A stretch of 64,000 nucleotides of DNA. Origin: Vulcanimicrobiota bacterium (lineage in GTDB: Bacteria; Vulcanimicrobiota; Vulcanimicrobiia; Vulcanimicrobiales; Vulcanimicrobiaceae). The stretch is taken from assembly GCA_963833095.1 (NCBI GenBank), contig CAWHWQ010000001.1:832001-896000 (forward strand), in the 5' to 3' direction. The notes under the pieces are model-generated. The model was not told the origin of the DNA. It saw nothing but the letters and a program-made list of their open reading frames with translations, and did not search any database. Each line of letters begins with the position of its first letter. The stretch's first letter is position 1. The translations under genes and the position numbers were made by a program. Positions 40,715 to 50,931 of this stretch are shown in pieces.

Positions 40715-40990
40715 CTACTGGATCGTAAAGACCGGGACTTTTCCCTTGACCAGCGAGATCTTGAGCGTGTCGTTGGCCTTGACTTTGCTGAAGTCGATGC
40801 CTTGCGCGACCAGCGTCGTCTCGATGCCGTTCTGCATCATCACAAGCAGATGCTGGGCATCTTGGACTTTTTCGACCTTGACGACGTAAGTGCCGTCGGG
40901 GACCAGCGCGGCGTCAACCAACGCAGCCGAAGCGACGGACGGGGCGAGCATGGCAAATGCAAAAAGCACCGGGATCAAAATAGAGCGCAC
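40715..40990 (-). CDS. Small secreted hypothetical protein
   Basis: GGAGG RBS with GTG start, signal peptide ending ASA. Confidence 0.75.
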   Translation of the reverse strand: MRSILIPVLFAFAMLAPSVASAALVDAALVPDGTYVVKVEKVQDAQHLLVMMQNGIETTLVAQGIDFSKVKANDTLKISLVKGKVPVFTIQ

Positions 40991-41120
40991 GAGTTTCCTC
41001 CGAGAGTTGCTAACGCCCGCTAGCATGGCTACACCCTAAAGAACAGGATACGACAGAAGCTGCACCTGCGCACGGGTTGCCCTCCATTCTTTACAGTGGG
41101 CCCGGCGCTTTCCACGGGCT

Positions 41121-41882
41121 TTACGGTGTGGCGATCGAGACGTTGCCCTGTTCGGCCAGCATGAAGACCAGCGGCGCCTTAGCCACACCATGCAAGGGGT
41201 TGGTTACCCGCCCCGACCCCGACGCGAGGTCGTAGTGAGCTCGAAAGTTCGAGGGGACCGCCAAATGCAGGTTGCCGTTGGAGGCCTCGAGGCGGACCAG
41301 CGTGCCACGCCAGTTTGGCGCCAGCGTCGCGTTCACGTTGCCGTTGCCGACTGTGAGGGTTAGCGAGTCGCGCGCATTGGTCACTGCAATGTCGCCGCTG
41401 TCGGCGTCGGCGGTCAGGGGCGAGGCCGCATCGTCTACGACGATGTTTCCGTTCGCATCGTAAATCTGCATCGATGCCGTAACGCTATCGACGTGTACCC
41501 GTCCGGCGAACTCACGTAAGTCGAGATGCATGCTTGCCGGGTAGGAAAGCTGCAATTCGTAGCCGCTCGCCCCGACGAACGGCAGCATCGACTCACTCGG
41601 GCCCGAAATCGCGACGTTCATCCGAGCGCCCGTTCGCGAACTGCTCACCTTCATCGGCGGCGTGGACGGACCGCTGTCGATCACGTGCAATTTCACACTC
41701 CGCAGACCGGCAACCGGCATGACGTGAATGGAACCGCTGACGTTGAGACGTAGCGTCGTGGTCGTGCCGACCGGAATTTCTCGATCGGTAACTTGCGCGG
41801 AGGCGTGCGGAGCTATCGCAAGAGCGACGCCGGCAACAAACGCGCCTGCGAGCAATCTCTTCATTGGGATCACGGGGATCAT
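41121..41882 (-). CDS. Secreted DUF4097/adhesin-like beta-repeat protein
   Basis: Signal peptide; repeats ANGNIVV, DSGDIAV, GNGNVNA, SNGNLHL, GSGRV. Confidence 0.7.
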   Translation of the reverse strand: MIPVIPMKRLLAGAFVAGVALAIAPHASAQVTDREIPVGTTTTLRLNVSGSIHVMPVAGLRSVKLHVIDSGPSTPPMKVSSSRTGARMNVAISGPSESMLPFVGASGYELQLSYPASMHLDLREFAGRVHVDSVTASMQIYDANGNIVVDDAASPLTADADSGDIAVTNARDSLTLTVGNGNVNATLAPNWRGTLVRLEASNGNLHLAVPSNFRAHYDLASGSGRVTNPLHGVAKAPLVFMLAEQGNVSIATP

Positions 41883-43246
41883 TGTAGCACGCCTGGGAGA
41901 GGCGCATCGAAACACGCCGCCAGCGTCGCCGCCAACTCTGCTGCTTGCGCGCGGATCTCGGGCATCGCCGTCGTTTCGATCAGCGTTCCATACCGCACGG
42001 GACCGATGCAAAAGACTGCGGACGAGCCGACGCCGTTCGCGTCGCGAAGCGCACCGTTCGGCGCGACATCGACGCCGATCCCCGTCGGCAACGGCTGCAT
42101 GATTCCCTGAGCGAGCAGATTGCCGATTAGCGGATTTTCGAGTTGGCGAAAATCGTGCGCGGGCCCGCTGCAATTGATAACGCGACCGACCTCGAGCTCG
42201 AGCGTACGGTTTTCTCCGCGCACACGAATGGGAACGCGTAAGCCTTTGCCGGTTTGCGTGAACGTGCCGGTGCGTCCGGCAAGCATCCGCAAACCGCCGG
42301 TCGAGATCTCGCCCGCGATCGTCTTCGCGACCTCCGGAGCCATGCGGTGCCGGTGCACGTTCCAGTAGGGCATCATGTGGCGCACGAAGCGGCGCTGGTC
42401 GTTGACCGATAGCGCCTGCCATAGCATGTTTGTACGCGGACGCAGACTATCGAGCGCCGCGCGCCATGCGCGCGGCCGGCCCGCACCAGCGCGAAATGCG
42501 CCGAGAAGATCGTGCATTGACGTCGCGTCCGGCTTCGCGTCCGGCGGCGCGTCGAAGAGCCGGTGTTCGTGAGGAAGCAAGCCGCGCCGTGAAACCATCC
42601 AGATCGTGCCACGGTGACCGTTGCTCCGCAAGCCTATCACCGCGTCGACTGCAGTCAGGCCGGTCCCGAGCAGAAGCACACCTTCACCCGGATCGGCCGG
42701 AATCAACGCGTTCTCGTCCCACACCGAGGCGAAGAATCGCTCTCCGGAAACGATGTCGGCGGTTGCCCGGAACCACGGGGCCGGGTTCGCGTTTCCCGTC
42801 GCCACGACGAGTACCTCGCCGCTAAGGACGCGTCCGTCTTCGCAAATAGCGCGCACCTCCGATTTCTCAACCGTGGCGGCGAGAATCGTCGACTGCACGG
42901 ATTGGAAGCGCGCGCCGGCAAATGCGCGCGACTCCCGCGCAATCGACTCGAGGTAATCTCCATACAGCGGCCGCGGAACGAAAGACGCCTCGTTATACCG
43001 CTGCCCGAGGCGTCCCCGTAAGAAGTTGACGAAGTGTTCGGGATCCTCCGCGAATGCAGACATGCGCCCCGCGGGAACGTTGAGTAAATGTTCGTAATGC
43101 GATGTGGAATAGGCCATACCGCGCCCGAGAAGCTTGCGCGGATCGACCACGATTACGTTCGCATCGGCGCTCTGACGTAACAGACGAGTGGCCAGGAGCA
43201 CACCACTGGCACCACCACCGGCAATGATCGTGGTGAAGTTAGGCAT
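41879..43246 (-). CDS. FAD/NAD(P)-binding oxidoreductase (NAD_binding_9/YdhS-like)
   Basis: GGGASG, GRGMAY..HLLNVPA.RMS, GTGLTAVD, SRRGLLP, WNVHRHRMAP, ETTAMPE. Confidence 0.85.
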   Translation of the reverse strand: MPNFTTIIAGGGASGVLLATRLLRQSADANVIVVDPRKLLGRGMAYSTSHYEHLLNVPAGRMSAFAEDPEHFVNFLRGRLGQRYNEASFVPRPLYGDYLESIARESRAFAGARFQSVQSTILAATVEKSEVRAICEDGRVLSGEVLVVATGNANPAPWFRATADIVSGERFFASVWDENALIPADPGEGVLLLGTGLTAVDAVIGLRSNGHRGTIWMVSRRGLLPHEHRLFDAPPDAKPDATSMHDLLGAFRAGAGRPRAWRAALDSLRPRTNMLWQALSVNDQRRFVRHMMPYWNVHRHRMAPEVAKTIAGEISTGGLRMLAGRTGTFTQTGKGLRVPIRVRGENRTLELEVGRVINCSGPAHDFRQLENPLIGNLLAQGIMQPLPTGIGVDVAPNGALRDANGVGSSAVFCIGPVRYGTLIETTAMPEIRAQAAELAATLAACFDAPLPGVLQ

Positions 43247-43805
43247 CGTAGCGGAGGTCAACGCGACGCGCCGTCCACCAGCCGTCATCACCCTGTGCAA
43301 AGGATTGCGCGCTTTTCAAATCTCCGCCGTAAACGTGAAATGAGTGCGCCACAGTCGTTCCCGCGTTTCCGAAGTCGTGGTACTCGAGCGGCGGAATCAA
43401 CACGCCCACCGTGCCACGGCCCGAGACACGATGCATTCCACGCTCAAAACGGTAGCCATCGTCGACCCCGCGCTCAACCAAAGAAAACATCGTTTCGCTC
43501 ATCACGCCGTCGACGATGATCTCGGCGCCCCACAAGCCCGCGTGATCGTGCAGCGGGCTGCCTTGGCCAGGTGCCCAGGTCATGCCGACGACGATGAACC
43601 GGTCCTCGGGGTCATGCCAAATCAGCTTTCTCGAATAGTGATCGACGCGAGCCGGCGCAAACAACTCCGAGGTGAATGCACCTTGCTCGCAGAGCTGGGC
43701 GAGCACCCTGGCAAGCGACGTCACGCGGTCATCGCGCACGGCCCTTGCAATGGGAGTGATTAAATCGGCTAACGCAGCGTTCGCACCGAACGTTTTCATG
43801 ACCAT
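43239..43805 (-). CDS. Cysteine dioxygenase family protein
   Basis: YSRKLI, W.PGQGSPLHDH, third His (YHDF), SFHVY triad. Confidence 0.88.
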   Translation of the reverse strand: MVMKTFGANAALADLITPIARAVRDDRVTSLARVLAQLCEQGAFTSELFAPARVDHYSRKLIWHDPEDRFIVVGMTWAPGQGSPLHDHAGLWGAEIIVDGVMSETMFSLVERGVDDGYRFERGMHRVSGRGTVGVLIPPLEYHDFGNAGTTVAHSFHVYGGDLKSAQSFAQGDDGWWTARRVDLRYDA

Positions 43806-43834
43806 TTAGGTATCGGCATGACGCCGGATACCGC

Positions 43835-44560
43835 CTAGGATGCGAGTTCTGATGCGGTGAGCCCCATGAGGTCGGCGATACGCTTGCGATCGGCTAGTAG
43901 CGTCGCTGCCTCGCCCTGATAAACGATCCGGCCGGCATCCATCACGTAGGCACGATCGGCAATCTTGAGGGCCAGAAGCGCGTTCTGTTCGACCAGTACG
44001 ATTGCCACGCCGCGCGCCTTGAGCTCGGCGAGTATCCGATAGACGTCCTCAACGATCATCGGCGCCAGACCCTGCGACGGCTCGTCGACGAGCATGAGGT
44101 CCGGATTCGAGACGAGCGCGCGGCCGATCGCAAGCATCTCCTGTTCGCCGCCGGAAAGGCGCCCGGCCTTACGGCCCGCCAGTTCCCTGAGCTTAGGCAG
44201 ATGCTCGAGTACGCGCGCAATCGACCATTCGCCGCTGCGGCCGTTCTCGGCAAGCTGCAGGTTCTCGAGCACCGAGAGTTGGGCGAACATGCGGCGGCCT
44301 TCGGGAACGTAGCCGACGCCCAAACGCGCGATCCGATAGGGCGAACGCCCCGCGATTGCTGCACCGTTAAAGGTGATCTCACCGTTGCGCGGGCGCGTAA
44401 GCCCAAGAATACTGCGCAACGTCGTCGTCTTGCCGGCACCGTTGAGCCCGAGCAGAGCAACCAGCTCGCCTTTGCCGACGGCGAGACTCACGTCGTGGAG
44501 AATATGGCTCTTGCCATAATACGTGTTGAGCTTCTCGACCTTCAAAAACATCTCAGACAT
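43835..44560 (-). CDS. Liv-type ABC ATP-binding subunit (LivF-like)
   Basis: GLNGAGKTT, LSGGEQEM, DEPSQGLAP. Confidence 0.93.
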   Translation of the reverse strand: MSEMFLKVEKLNTYYGKSHILHDVSLAVGKGELVALLGLNGAGKTTTLRSILGLTRPRNGEITFNGAAIAGRSPYRIARLGVGYVPEGRRMFAQLSVLENLQLAENGRSGEWSIARVLEHLPKLRELAGRKAGRLSGGEQEMLAIGRALVSNPDLMLVDEPSQGLAPMIVEDVYRILAELKARGVAIVLVEQNALLALKIADRAYVMDAGRIVYQGEAATLLADRKRIADLMGLTASELAS

Positions 44561-45323
44561 GCTCGACGACCTCTTTGCCGATGTAGGCGTCGCGCACCGC
44601 TTCGTTTGCGCTAATCTCGGTAGGCGTCCCTTCGGCAAGGACCTTGCCACGGTCGAGCACCATGATGCGCTGCGCAAGTGAGAGTACGACGCGCATGTTG
44701 TGCTCGACGAAGAGCACCGTGAGCCCAAGCTCGCTATGGAGCTTGCGGATTACCTCGACAACGCGCTCGGTCTCGGCGTGCGCAAGTCCCGCCATCGGCT
44801 CATCGAGCATCACCAGCACCGGGTCCGTCGAGAGGCTCATCGCAATCTCGCATAACCGCTGACTTCCGTGCGCGAGTTCGGCGACGGGCCGGCGCGCCGA
44901 TGCGCGAAGGTTCACGAAATCCAGCAGACGTTCTGCCTTGTCTGCGATGCTCTTGTGCTGCGCCGGGCTGATCGGGCGGAAGCGGAACGCCAACTTCGCC
45001 GCGCTCTGTAGGCCGATCAAGAGGTTGTCGTAGACGGAAAGATTGGGGAAGACGCTGGAGGTTTGAAACGTGCGCCCCATGCCCATCGCAATGCGATCAT
45101 GAATGGGTGATGTCGTGATGTCGACGCCCTTAAACGTAACCTTGCCGCTGTCGCATTTGTAAAACCCCGAGAGCGCATTGAAAAATGTCGACTTCCCCGC
45201 GCCGTTGGGTCCGATGACCGCCTGAATCGACCCCGCGTTAACGAACAACGAAACGTTTTCGACGGCGCGTACGCCGCCGAAGTGCTTCACCACGTTCTCG
45301 GCTTGAAAAATGACGTCGCTCAC
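44553..45323 (-). CDS. Liv-type ABC ATP-binding subunit (LivG-like)
   Basis: FGGVRAV, GPNGAGKST, LDEPMAGL, VEHNM. Confidence 0.93.
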   Translation of the reverse strand: MSDVIFQAENVVKHFGGVRAVENVSLFVNAGSIQAVIGPNGAGKSTFFNALSGFYKCDSGKVTFKGVDITTSPIHDRIAMGMGRTFQTSSVFPNLSVYDNLLIGLQSAAKLAFRFRPISPAQHKSIADKAERLLDFVNLRASARRPVAELAHGSQRLCEIAMSLSTDPVLVMLDEPMAGLAHAETERVVEVIRKLHSELGLTVLFVEHNMRVVLSLAQRIMVLDRGKVLAEGTPTEISANEAVRDAYIGKEVVEHV

Positions 45324-46336
45324 GGTTGAATTTCCCGCTCGGAGAGCACGGTGCCGTGCAGTGTGTCGCGAGCCTCGTAGCCAAACCCGCCACGCCGCCG
45401 TTCAATGGCATCGAGAATCGTGCCGAGGATGCCTTTGGGAAATCCGAGCACGCACGCGACGAAGAGGGCGCCGAGCGGAATCTGCCACCACGGTATCGCG
45501 CTCGAAAGGATGTCGTTGCCGATCACAAAGATCAGCGCGCCGAGGAACGGCCCGAAGATCGTGCCGGTGCCACCGAGGATCGTCATCAAGACGATGTTCC
45601 CCGATTCATGCCAGTCGAGCATAAGCGGATACGCAAACATGATCGAGAGCCCGTAGCAAGCGCCGGCCAATCCCTCAATCGCCGCCGAGATCAATATCGC
45701 GACGAAGATAAACCGGTCGGTATTGAGCCCGAGATAGCGGGCACGCGTTTCGTTCTCTTTGATCGCGATCAGCGAGCGTCCAAACGGCGAGCGGACCAAG
45801 AGCCAGAACAGGCTTACGACGACGATAAAGAACAGCAGCATCGCGTAATAAAAAGACTCGTCCTTGAGTTGCAAGCCCAAGCCTTCGACCACGGGACGCG
45901 CAAAGTTCATGCCGTCTTCACCTCCGGTGATATCGGTGAAGCGGTAGGCCAGAAAATAAAAGACCTGCCCAAAAGCGATGAACAACAGCGAGAAATAGAT
46001 GCCACGCCGGCGCAAGAGGAACGGCCCGATCAAGAGCGCGCCGATGATCGCTGCAAGCACACCGTAGCCGAGAGAACCCAAGAACTTTGCATGCCAAAAT
46101 TGGATCGTGAGACCGGCGCCATACGCCCCCAGCCCGAAGAACGCCGCGTTGCCGAAGGGCAACACGCCGGTATAACCGACGAGCAGGTTCACGCCCATTG
46201 CTGCAATCGCGAAGAGCAGCACTTCGGTGCATATCGAAATGGCCAAGTGCAAATGCGGCGCAAGCTGAGGTATAAAGATGAGCAACACTAAGAGGACGAT
46301 CACCGCGATCAACCCAGCGCGATTGCCGATTTTCAC
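45320..46336 (-). CDS. Liv-type ABC permease (LivM-like)
   Basis: NLLVGYTG, AFFGLGAY, TGGEDG, SPFGR, LGGTGT. Confidence 0.92.
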   Translation of the reverse strand: MKIGNRAGLIAVIVLLVLLIFIPQLAPHLHLAISICTEVLLFAIAAMGVNLLVGYTGVLPFGNAAFFGLGAYGAGLTIQFWHAKFLGSLGYGVLAAIIGALLIGPFLLRRRGIYFSLLFIAFGQVFYFLAYRFTDITGGEDGMNFARPVVEGLGLQLKDESFYYAMLLFFIVVVSLFWLLVRSPFGRSLIAIKENETRARYLGLNTDRFIFVAILISAAIEGLAGACYGLSIMFAYPLMLDWHESGNIVLMTILGGTGTIFGPFLGALIFVIGNDILSSAIPWWQIPLGALFVACVLGFPKGILGTILDAIERRRGGFGYEARDTLHGTVLSEREIQP

Positions 46337-47202
46337 CCGAAGATGCCCTCTTCACCGAAGAGCCCGCGTGGACGGATGAGTAAGATGACCGCCATCAAGA
46401 CGTACATCACGATTTCGCTAAAGGCCGGCAAATAGAGCGTCGTCACGCTGATCGCAACACCGATGAGCAGACCGCCTACCACCGCACCCCAGAGGCTGCC
46501 CATCCCGCCAACAATGACGGTGACGAACGCCGGCATCAAGAGCGCGTTGCCGCTTTGCGGATTGAGGCCCAGCAGGCACGCCGCCAGCACGCCGGCAAGC
46601 CCCGCGATGAAAATGCCCAAGCCAAAGTTGAACATGTAGAGCACTTGGGTGTTCGTGCCGAGCGCGGCGATCATCTCATGGTCTTGCACGGCGGCGCGCA
46701 AGCGCAACCCCATGCGCGTGCGTTGCAAGAACAGCACCAAGGCCACGATGATGACCAGGAGCGCGCCCGCAATAAACAGCCGAAAAGCCGGGAAGTACGT
46801 GAACCCTAGTGAGACTGCGCCCTGCAACGCGGGCGGCGGTGAAAATGGGACGCCATTCGTGCCCCAAATGAGACGATATGCCTCTTCGGCGATGAGGGAG
46901 AGCCCGAAGGTGAGTAGGAGACTGTAGACCGGGTCGCGCCGATACAGCGGACGCATCAGCGTTCGCTCCATCGCTATACCAACGATCACCGTCAGGATTG
47001 GTGCGACGGCCAGCGCGAACCACCAGTTCGTGCCCGCGCCTACCAACGCAAAGGCGAGATACCCGGAGAGCGTCATGAACGATCCATGGGCCATGTTGAT
47101 CGTGCCGGTTAGGTTCATGATGAGCGAGAGCCCGATGGCTACGACCGCGTAAAACGCGCCAAGGATCAAGCCGTTAAAGATCTCGGGGGCGACGTGTGCC
47201 AT
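46333..47202 (-). CDS. Liv-type ABC permease (LivH-like)
   Basis: NGLILG, INMAHG, G..LRA, VGGMGS. Confidence 0.92.
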   Translation of the reverse strand: MAHVAPEIFNGLILGAFYAVVAIGLSLIMNLTGTINMAHGSFMTLSGYLAFALVGAGTNWWFALAVAPILTVIVGIAMERTLMRPLYRRDPVYSLLLTFGLSLIAEEAYRLIWGTNGVPFSPPPALQGAVSLGFTYFPAFRLFIAGALLVIIVALVLFLQRTRMGLRLRAAVQDHEMIAALGTNTQVLYMFNFGLGIFIAGLAGVLAACLLGLNPQSGNALLMPAFVTVIVGGMGSLWGAVVGGLLIGVAISVTTLYLPAFSEIVMYVLMAVILLIRPRGLFGEEGIFG

Positions 47203-47217
47203 GTGCTACTCCAGGTG

Positions 47218-47245
47218 AGGAACCTCTGCTTTCGCAGAGGTTCCT
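47218..47245 (-). promoter_or_regulatory. Stem-loop after the substrate-binding gene (mRNA stabiliser or attenuator)
   Basis: Perfect 12-bp stem aggaacctctgc/gcagaggttcct with a GAAA loop on the minus strand. Confidence 0.6.
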
Positions 47246-47254
47246 AGGGTTTCC

Positions 47255-48529
47255 TTAGGCGGGCCAGTTCATCTTGCAGACTGCCTTCTTCTCTGCAACG
47301 CTCTGTTCGATGTCGGCGGCCTCTTGCCGGTCGACGATATCGAAGATGTCATATTGATCTTGCGGCGTCCCCTTTGCCCGGATCGAGCCGAGCCACATGG
47401 GCCACATCAATTGATGGTCGACGTCTCGATAGTAGCCGCCGCCTTCCCAGATCGAGTTGAAGTGGGCGCCTTCGAGCGCCTTGGCCATCTTCGCGGCATT
47501 CGTCGACTTGGCCTGATTCACGGTCCAGAGCAGACGATCCATCGTGATGTAGCCGAAGGCGCTGCGCGCCGTCGGCGGCGTTCCGTACTTCTTGCGATAG
47601 TTGGCGACGAAGTCATTGGCCAGCTTGTTGTTGGTACCGATAACACTCGCGCCCTTGTAGTACCACTCGACGCCCCAGTAGCCGACGCGCGCTTGCTCGG
47701 GCAACGCCCAGACCGCTTCGAGCTCGACCTGCGGTCCGCCGATCGGGATTTTTCCGGCGATACCATATTGGTTCGTCTGCTTGAGACAGTTGACGAAGTC
47801 GTCGCCTTGCACCAGCACGAGTAAGAGGTCCGGCTTTGCGGCGAGCACTTTGGTAAGGTACGGGCTGAAGTCGGTCGTGCCAAGCGGCGTGAGGTCTTCG
47901 CCGACGAACGTGATCCCCATTTTCTTGGCGACATCGTGATAGCCGGCTTGCAACGCGTGTCCGAACGCGTAGTCGGGAATGATCATGTACCATTTCTTCC
48001 CGAACTTCTTTTCCAGCGAGTATCCCGTCGCGTGCGTTTCCATCCACGTGCTGTGGCACGTGCGGAAGGTGCTATATTCGCACTTCTCTCCGGTCACCGC
48101 GTCAGCGTGACCACCGGAGTCGACGTAAAACGTGTTGAGCGCATTGGCCGCTCCGCTGATCGCAAGCGAAACGGAGCTGTTGATCGAACCCATAAGCACC
48201 GGGCACTTATCGACCAGGATGAGCTTGCGCGCTTTCTCGACTGCGTTCCCGGGATTGTTGTTGTTGTCTTCTTTAACAACCGAGACTTTCGTCCCACCCA
48301 TGACGCCGCCGCGTGCGTTCCACTCGTCCATTGCCATCACCGCGCCCTGCGTTTCACTTTGCGCGTACGATGCGTAGACACCGGTGTATTCATAATCGAG
48401 TCCGACATTGAGTACGTCTGCCGCGAAAGCGCGGCTTGGAAGAATTGCGGGGAAGCCGGTAACGAGTCCAGCCGACGTAATAGCTGCCGTCGTCAGAAAC
48501 GACTTCCGGTCCAGTTTGCCATCCGACAT
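47255..48529 (-). CDS. Liv-type ABC substrate-binding protein with Tat-like signal
   Basis: DRKSFL..AFA signal; PDYAFG, TPLGTTDFSPYL. Confidence 0.9.
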   Translation of the reverse strand: MSDGKLDRKSFLTTAAITSAGLVTGFPAILPSRAFAADVLNVGLDYEYTGVYASYAQSETQGAVMAMDEWNARGGVMGGTKVSVVKEDNNNNPGNAVEKARKLILVDKCPVLMGSINSSVSLAISGAANALNTFYVDSGGHADAVTGEKCEYSTFRTCHSTWMETHATGYSLEKKFGKKWYMIIPDYAFGHALQAGYHDVAKKMGITFVGEDLTPLGTTDFSPYLTKVLAAKPDLLLVLVQGDDFVNCLKQTNQYGIAGKIPIGGPQVELEAVWALPEQARVGYWGVEWYYKGASVIGTNNKLANDFVANYRKKYGTPPTARSAFGYITMDRLLWTVNQAKSTNAAKMAKALEGAHFNSIWEGGGYYRDVDHQLMWPMWLGSIRAKGTPQDQYDIFDIVDRQEAADIEQSVAEKKAVCKMNWPA

Positions 48530-48774
48530 TTCACATGCTCCTATTGGCGCCGCATAGTGCGCGACGCATAGTAGTCCAGGAACTAGGACAATGAATCGCG
48601 CTTACCATTAGTTGTTCCTTTTGGCGCAACGCCTGCGGCCAAACAATCGTTCCGTCGAGATGCAATGCGCGCCTAGCAGTCAATAGCGTGCATCTAGCAT
48701 GAAGAGCGGAAGAATCGTATAACAAGAGCGACTCACACCGCGGACATCACCGATCACAGTTCGAGGAGAGACCT

Positions 48775-50031
48775 ATGCGCGTATCTCGTCCCGTCTGGCT
48801 GCTTTCAGCCGCCGTCATCATGCTTGCCGCCCTGGGCCTCGCCGGTCCGTTGCGCCCGGCGCTCGCGGCAACCGCGCCCAGCGAGATCAAAATCGGCACC
48901 CTGTACGCGAGCACTGGAACCTTCGCCGTTGCTTCGCAGGGGCAGTATCAAGGGCTGCAATATTGGGCCGCCGCGATCAACAAGGGCGGCGGGGTATTCG
49001 TAAAGGCCTTTAATAAGAAGATTCCCGTCAAGGTCATCGCCTACGACGACCAGAGCTCGACGACGACCGCAACCACGCTCTACAACCAGCTCATCACTCA
49101 GGACAAGGTCGACGTCCTCATCGCCGACTTCGGGTCGGTATTGACGTCGGTCGCGATCCCGCTGGCCGCGGAGCATCACATGCTGCTGATCGACCCGACC
49201 GGTTCGGGCGCGAACTTCTTCACGCAGAAAACCGACTATCTCGCGGACGTGAGCATCCCGTCCTCAGCGGTGTGGCCGGTTCCGCTCGGTAAGTTTATCT
49301 TGGAGCAGAAGATCGCGCGCGTCGCGATACTCTACGACTCGAACGACTTCGACGCTTCGCAAGCCGAGACGCTCAAATCAGGTCTCGCCGCCGGCGGCGT
49401 GACACCGGTCTACTACAACGGCGTGCCGACCACCGAATCGAACTACTCAGTGCTGCTGCACACCATCGCAGCGCAGAACCCCGACGCCGTTATCGAATTG
49501 GGCTACGCTCCAAACGATATCGCGTTCCTACGCGATCTCGCCTCGAGCGGACTGCACTTCAAGATGACGTTCACCATCTTTCCCGGACAACTCATCTCGT
49601 TGATTACGAAGAACGTCGGAGCCAAGGCCCTAGCCTACACCTATACCTATCCGACCCCGCCGCTCGTGCGCTTCGACAGTGTGACGCTGGGCGTCAACAC
49701 CGATACATTTGTCAAGGACTTCACTGCGGCGAGCAAAGCGGCACCGAATTTTCTCAACGCCGCCGGCTACAACAACGGCTTGATCGTACAGCAAATGCTC
49801 GCGATCGCGCCGGCATTCACTCAACTCGATTTCCATCAGGCATTGATGGAGATGTCGGGCAAAACGCGCACGCTCCTCGGCGACTTCAAAATCAACGAAA
49901 ACGGAGCGCAACTCGGCGAACTTCTCCCGGTCGCGCAAATCGTGCCGGAGGGCGACGGGACCAAGTTCGTGGTCGTCTATCCTCAAGACAAAGCCACCGG
50001 TAAGGCCGTCTATCCGGCGCCGCAACCGTAA
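48775..50031 (+). CDS. Liv-type ABC substrate-binding protein
   Basis: Signal peptide; IKIG, IN..GG, YDDQS, LITQDKVD. Confidence 0.9.
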   Translation: MRVSRPVWLLSAAVIMLAALGLAGPLRPALAATAPSEIKIGTLYASTGTFAVASQGQYQGLQYWAAAINKGGGVFVKAFNKKIPVKVIAYDDQSSTTTATTLYNQLITQDKVDVLIADFGSVLTSVAIPLAAEHHMLLIDPTGSGANFFTQKTDYLADVSIPSSAVWPVPLGKFILEQKIARVAILYDSNDFDASQAETLKSGLAAGGVTPVYYNGVPTTESNYSVLLHTIAAQNPDAVIELGYAPNDIAFLRDLASSGLHFKMTFTIFPGQLISLITKNVGAKALAYTYTYPTPPLVRFDSVTLGVNTDTFVKDFTAASKAAPNFLNAAGYNNGLIVQQMLAIAPAFTQLDFHQALMEMSGKTRTLLGDFKINENGAQLGELLPVAQIVPEGDGTKFVVVYPQDKATGKAVYPAPQP

Positions 50032-50049
50032 TACGCGGCGATCCCGCCG

Positions 50050-50931
50050 ATGAGCTTGCTCGAATACGCACTGATCGGCGGGATCCTGTACGGGATCTTC
50101 TTCGCACTGGTCGCAGTTGGCCTCAATCTGATCTTCGGCGTGATGCGCATCATCAACATCGCGCACGGACAGTTCGTGCTGCTCGGCGGCTACGGTGCCT
50201 TCTTGCTCAGCTCGCGGGCGCACCTCAATCCGCTCTACGGCGTACCGCTCGCGATGTTCGGCGCTATCCTCGTGGGCGTTCCACTCTACGTCGCCGTTGT
50301 ACCGCGTCTGCAAAAGAGCGCAAACCCTGAAATGCTCTCGTTCATCCTGTTTTTTGGAATCGCGCAGATGATCGACGCCCTTACGACCATCGTTTTCGGT
50401 GCGGATCAGCGCTCGCTGCCCGAAGACGCCCTCGGAGCCGGCAGCATTGCCGTCTTCGGTCAGAGCTTTCCGGATAGTTGGTACGTTGCCGCCGCAGCAA
50501 GTGTGCTCGTTTTGGTAGGGCTCTATCTCTACTTTACCCGCACTCGGCTCGGCTTTGCCACGCGCGCAATCATGGCGAGCCGCGAGGAGGCGCTCGCGAC
50601 CGGCATCGACGTGAATCGCGTTTCAATGATCTCCTTCGTGATCGGCCTGTCTCTGGCGGGCATCGCCGGCGTCTTCGTCCCGTATATGCTCGGGTCGCTC
50701 TCTCCCGATATCGGAAACGAGCTGACGACGACGTCGTTTGCCGTCATTATCATCGGCTCACTCGGAAATCCGCTGGGTACCGGCATTGGTGGGCTCGTGT
50801 TTGGCATCGGCACGCTCGTGATGCAAACGTTTTTCCCGTCCTGGTCGAATCTCGTGCCTTACGCGCTGCTCGTGTTAATCGTGCTGGTACGCCCCGCGGG
50901 TCTTCTAGGCAAATCCGTTCGCATCGCATGA
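50050..50931 (+). CDS. Liv-type ABC permease (LivH-like)
   Basis: GLNLIFGVM.IINIAHG, RPAGLLG. Confidence 0.92.
   Translation: MSLLEYALIGGILYGIFFALVAVGLNLIFGVMRIINIAHGQFVLLGGYGAFLLSSRAHLNPLYGVPLAMFGAILVGVPLYVAVVPRLQKSANPEMLSFILFFGIAQMIDALTTIVFGADQRSLPEDALGAGSIAVFGQSFPDSWYVAAAASVLVLVGLYLYFTRTRLGFATRAIMASREEALATGIDVNRVSMISFVIGLSLAGIAGVFVPYMLGSLSPDIGNELTTTSFAVIIIGSLGNPLGTGIGGLVFGIGTLVMQTFFPSWSNLVPYALLVLIVLVRPAGLLGKSVRIA

Noticed and set aside
43810..43837. Sigma-28-like GCCGATA upstream of the cysteine dioxygenase gene
   Set aside because: The -35 reads TAGG, not TAAA, with 16-nt spacing; too weak alone
48621..48637. Sigma-54-like TTGGCGC-N5-CTGC between the divergent ABC operons
   Set aside because: Imperfect match in GC-rich DNA, no enhancer-binding protein nearby, and a sigma-70 -10 (TATAAC, 48718) is closer to the gene
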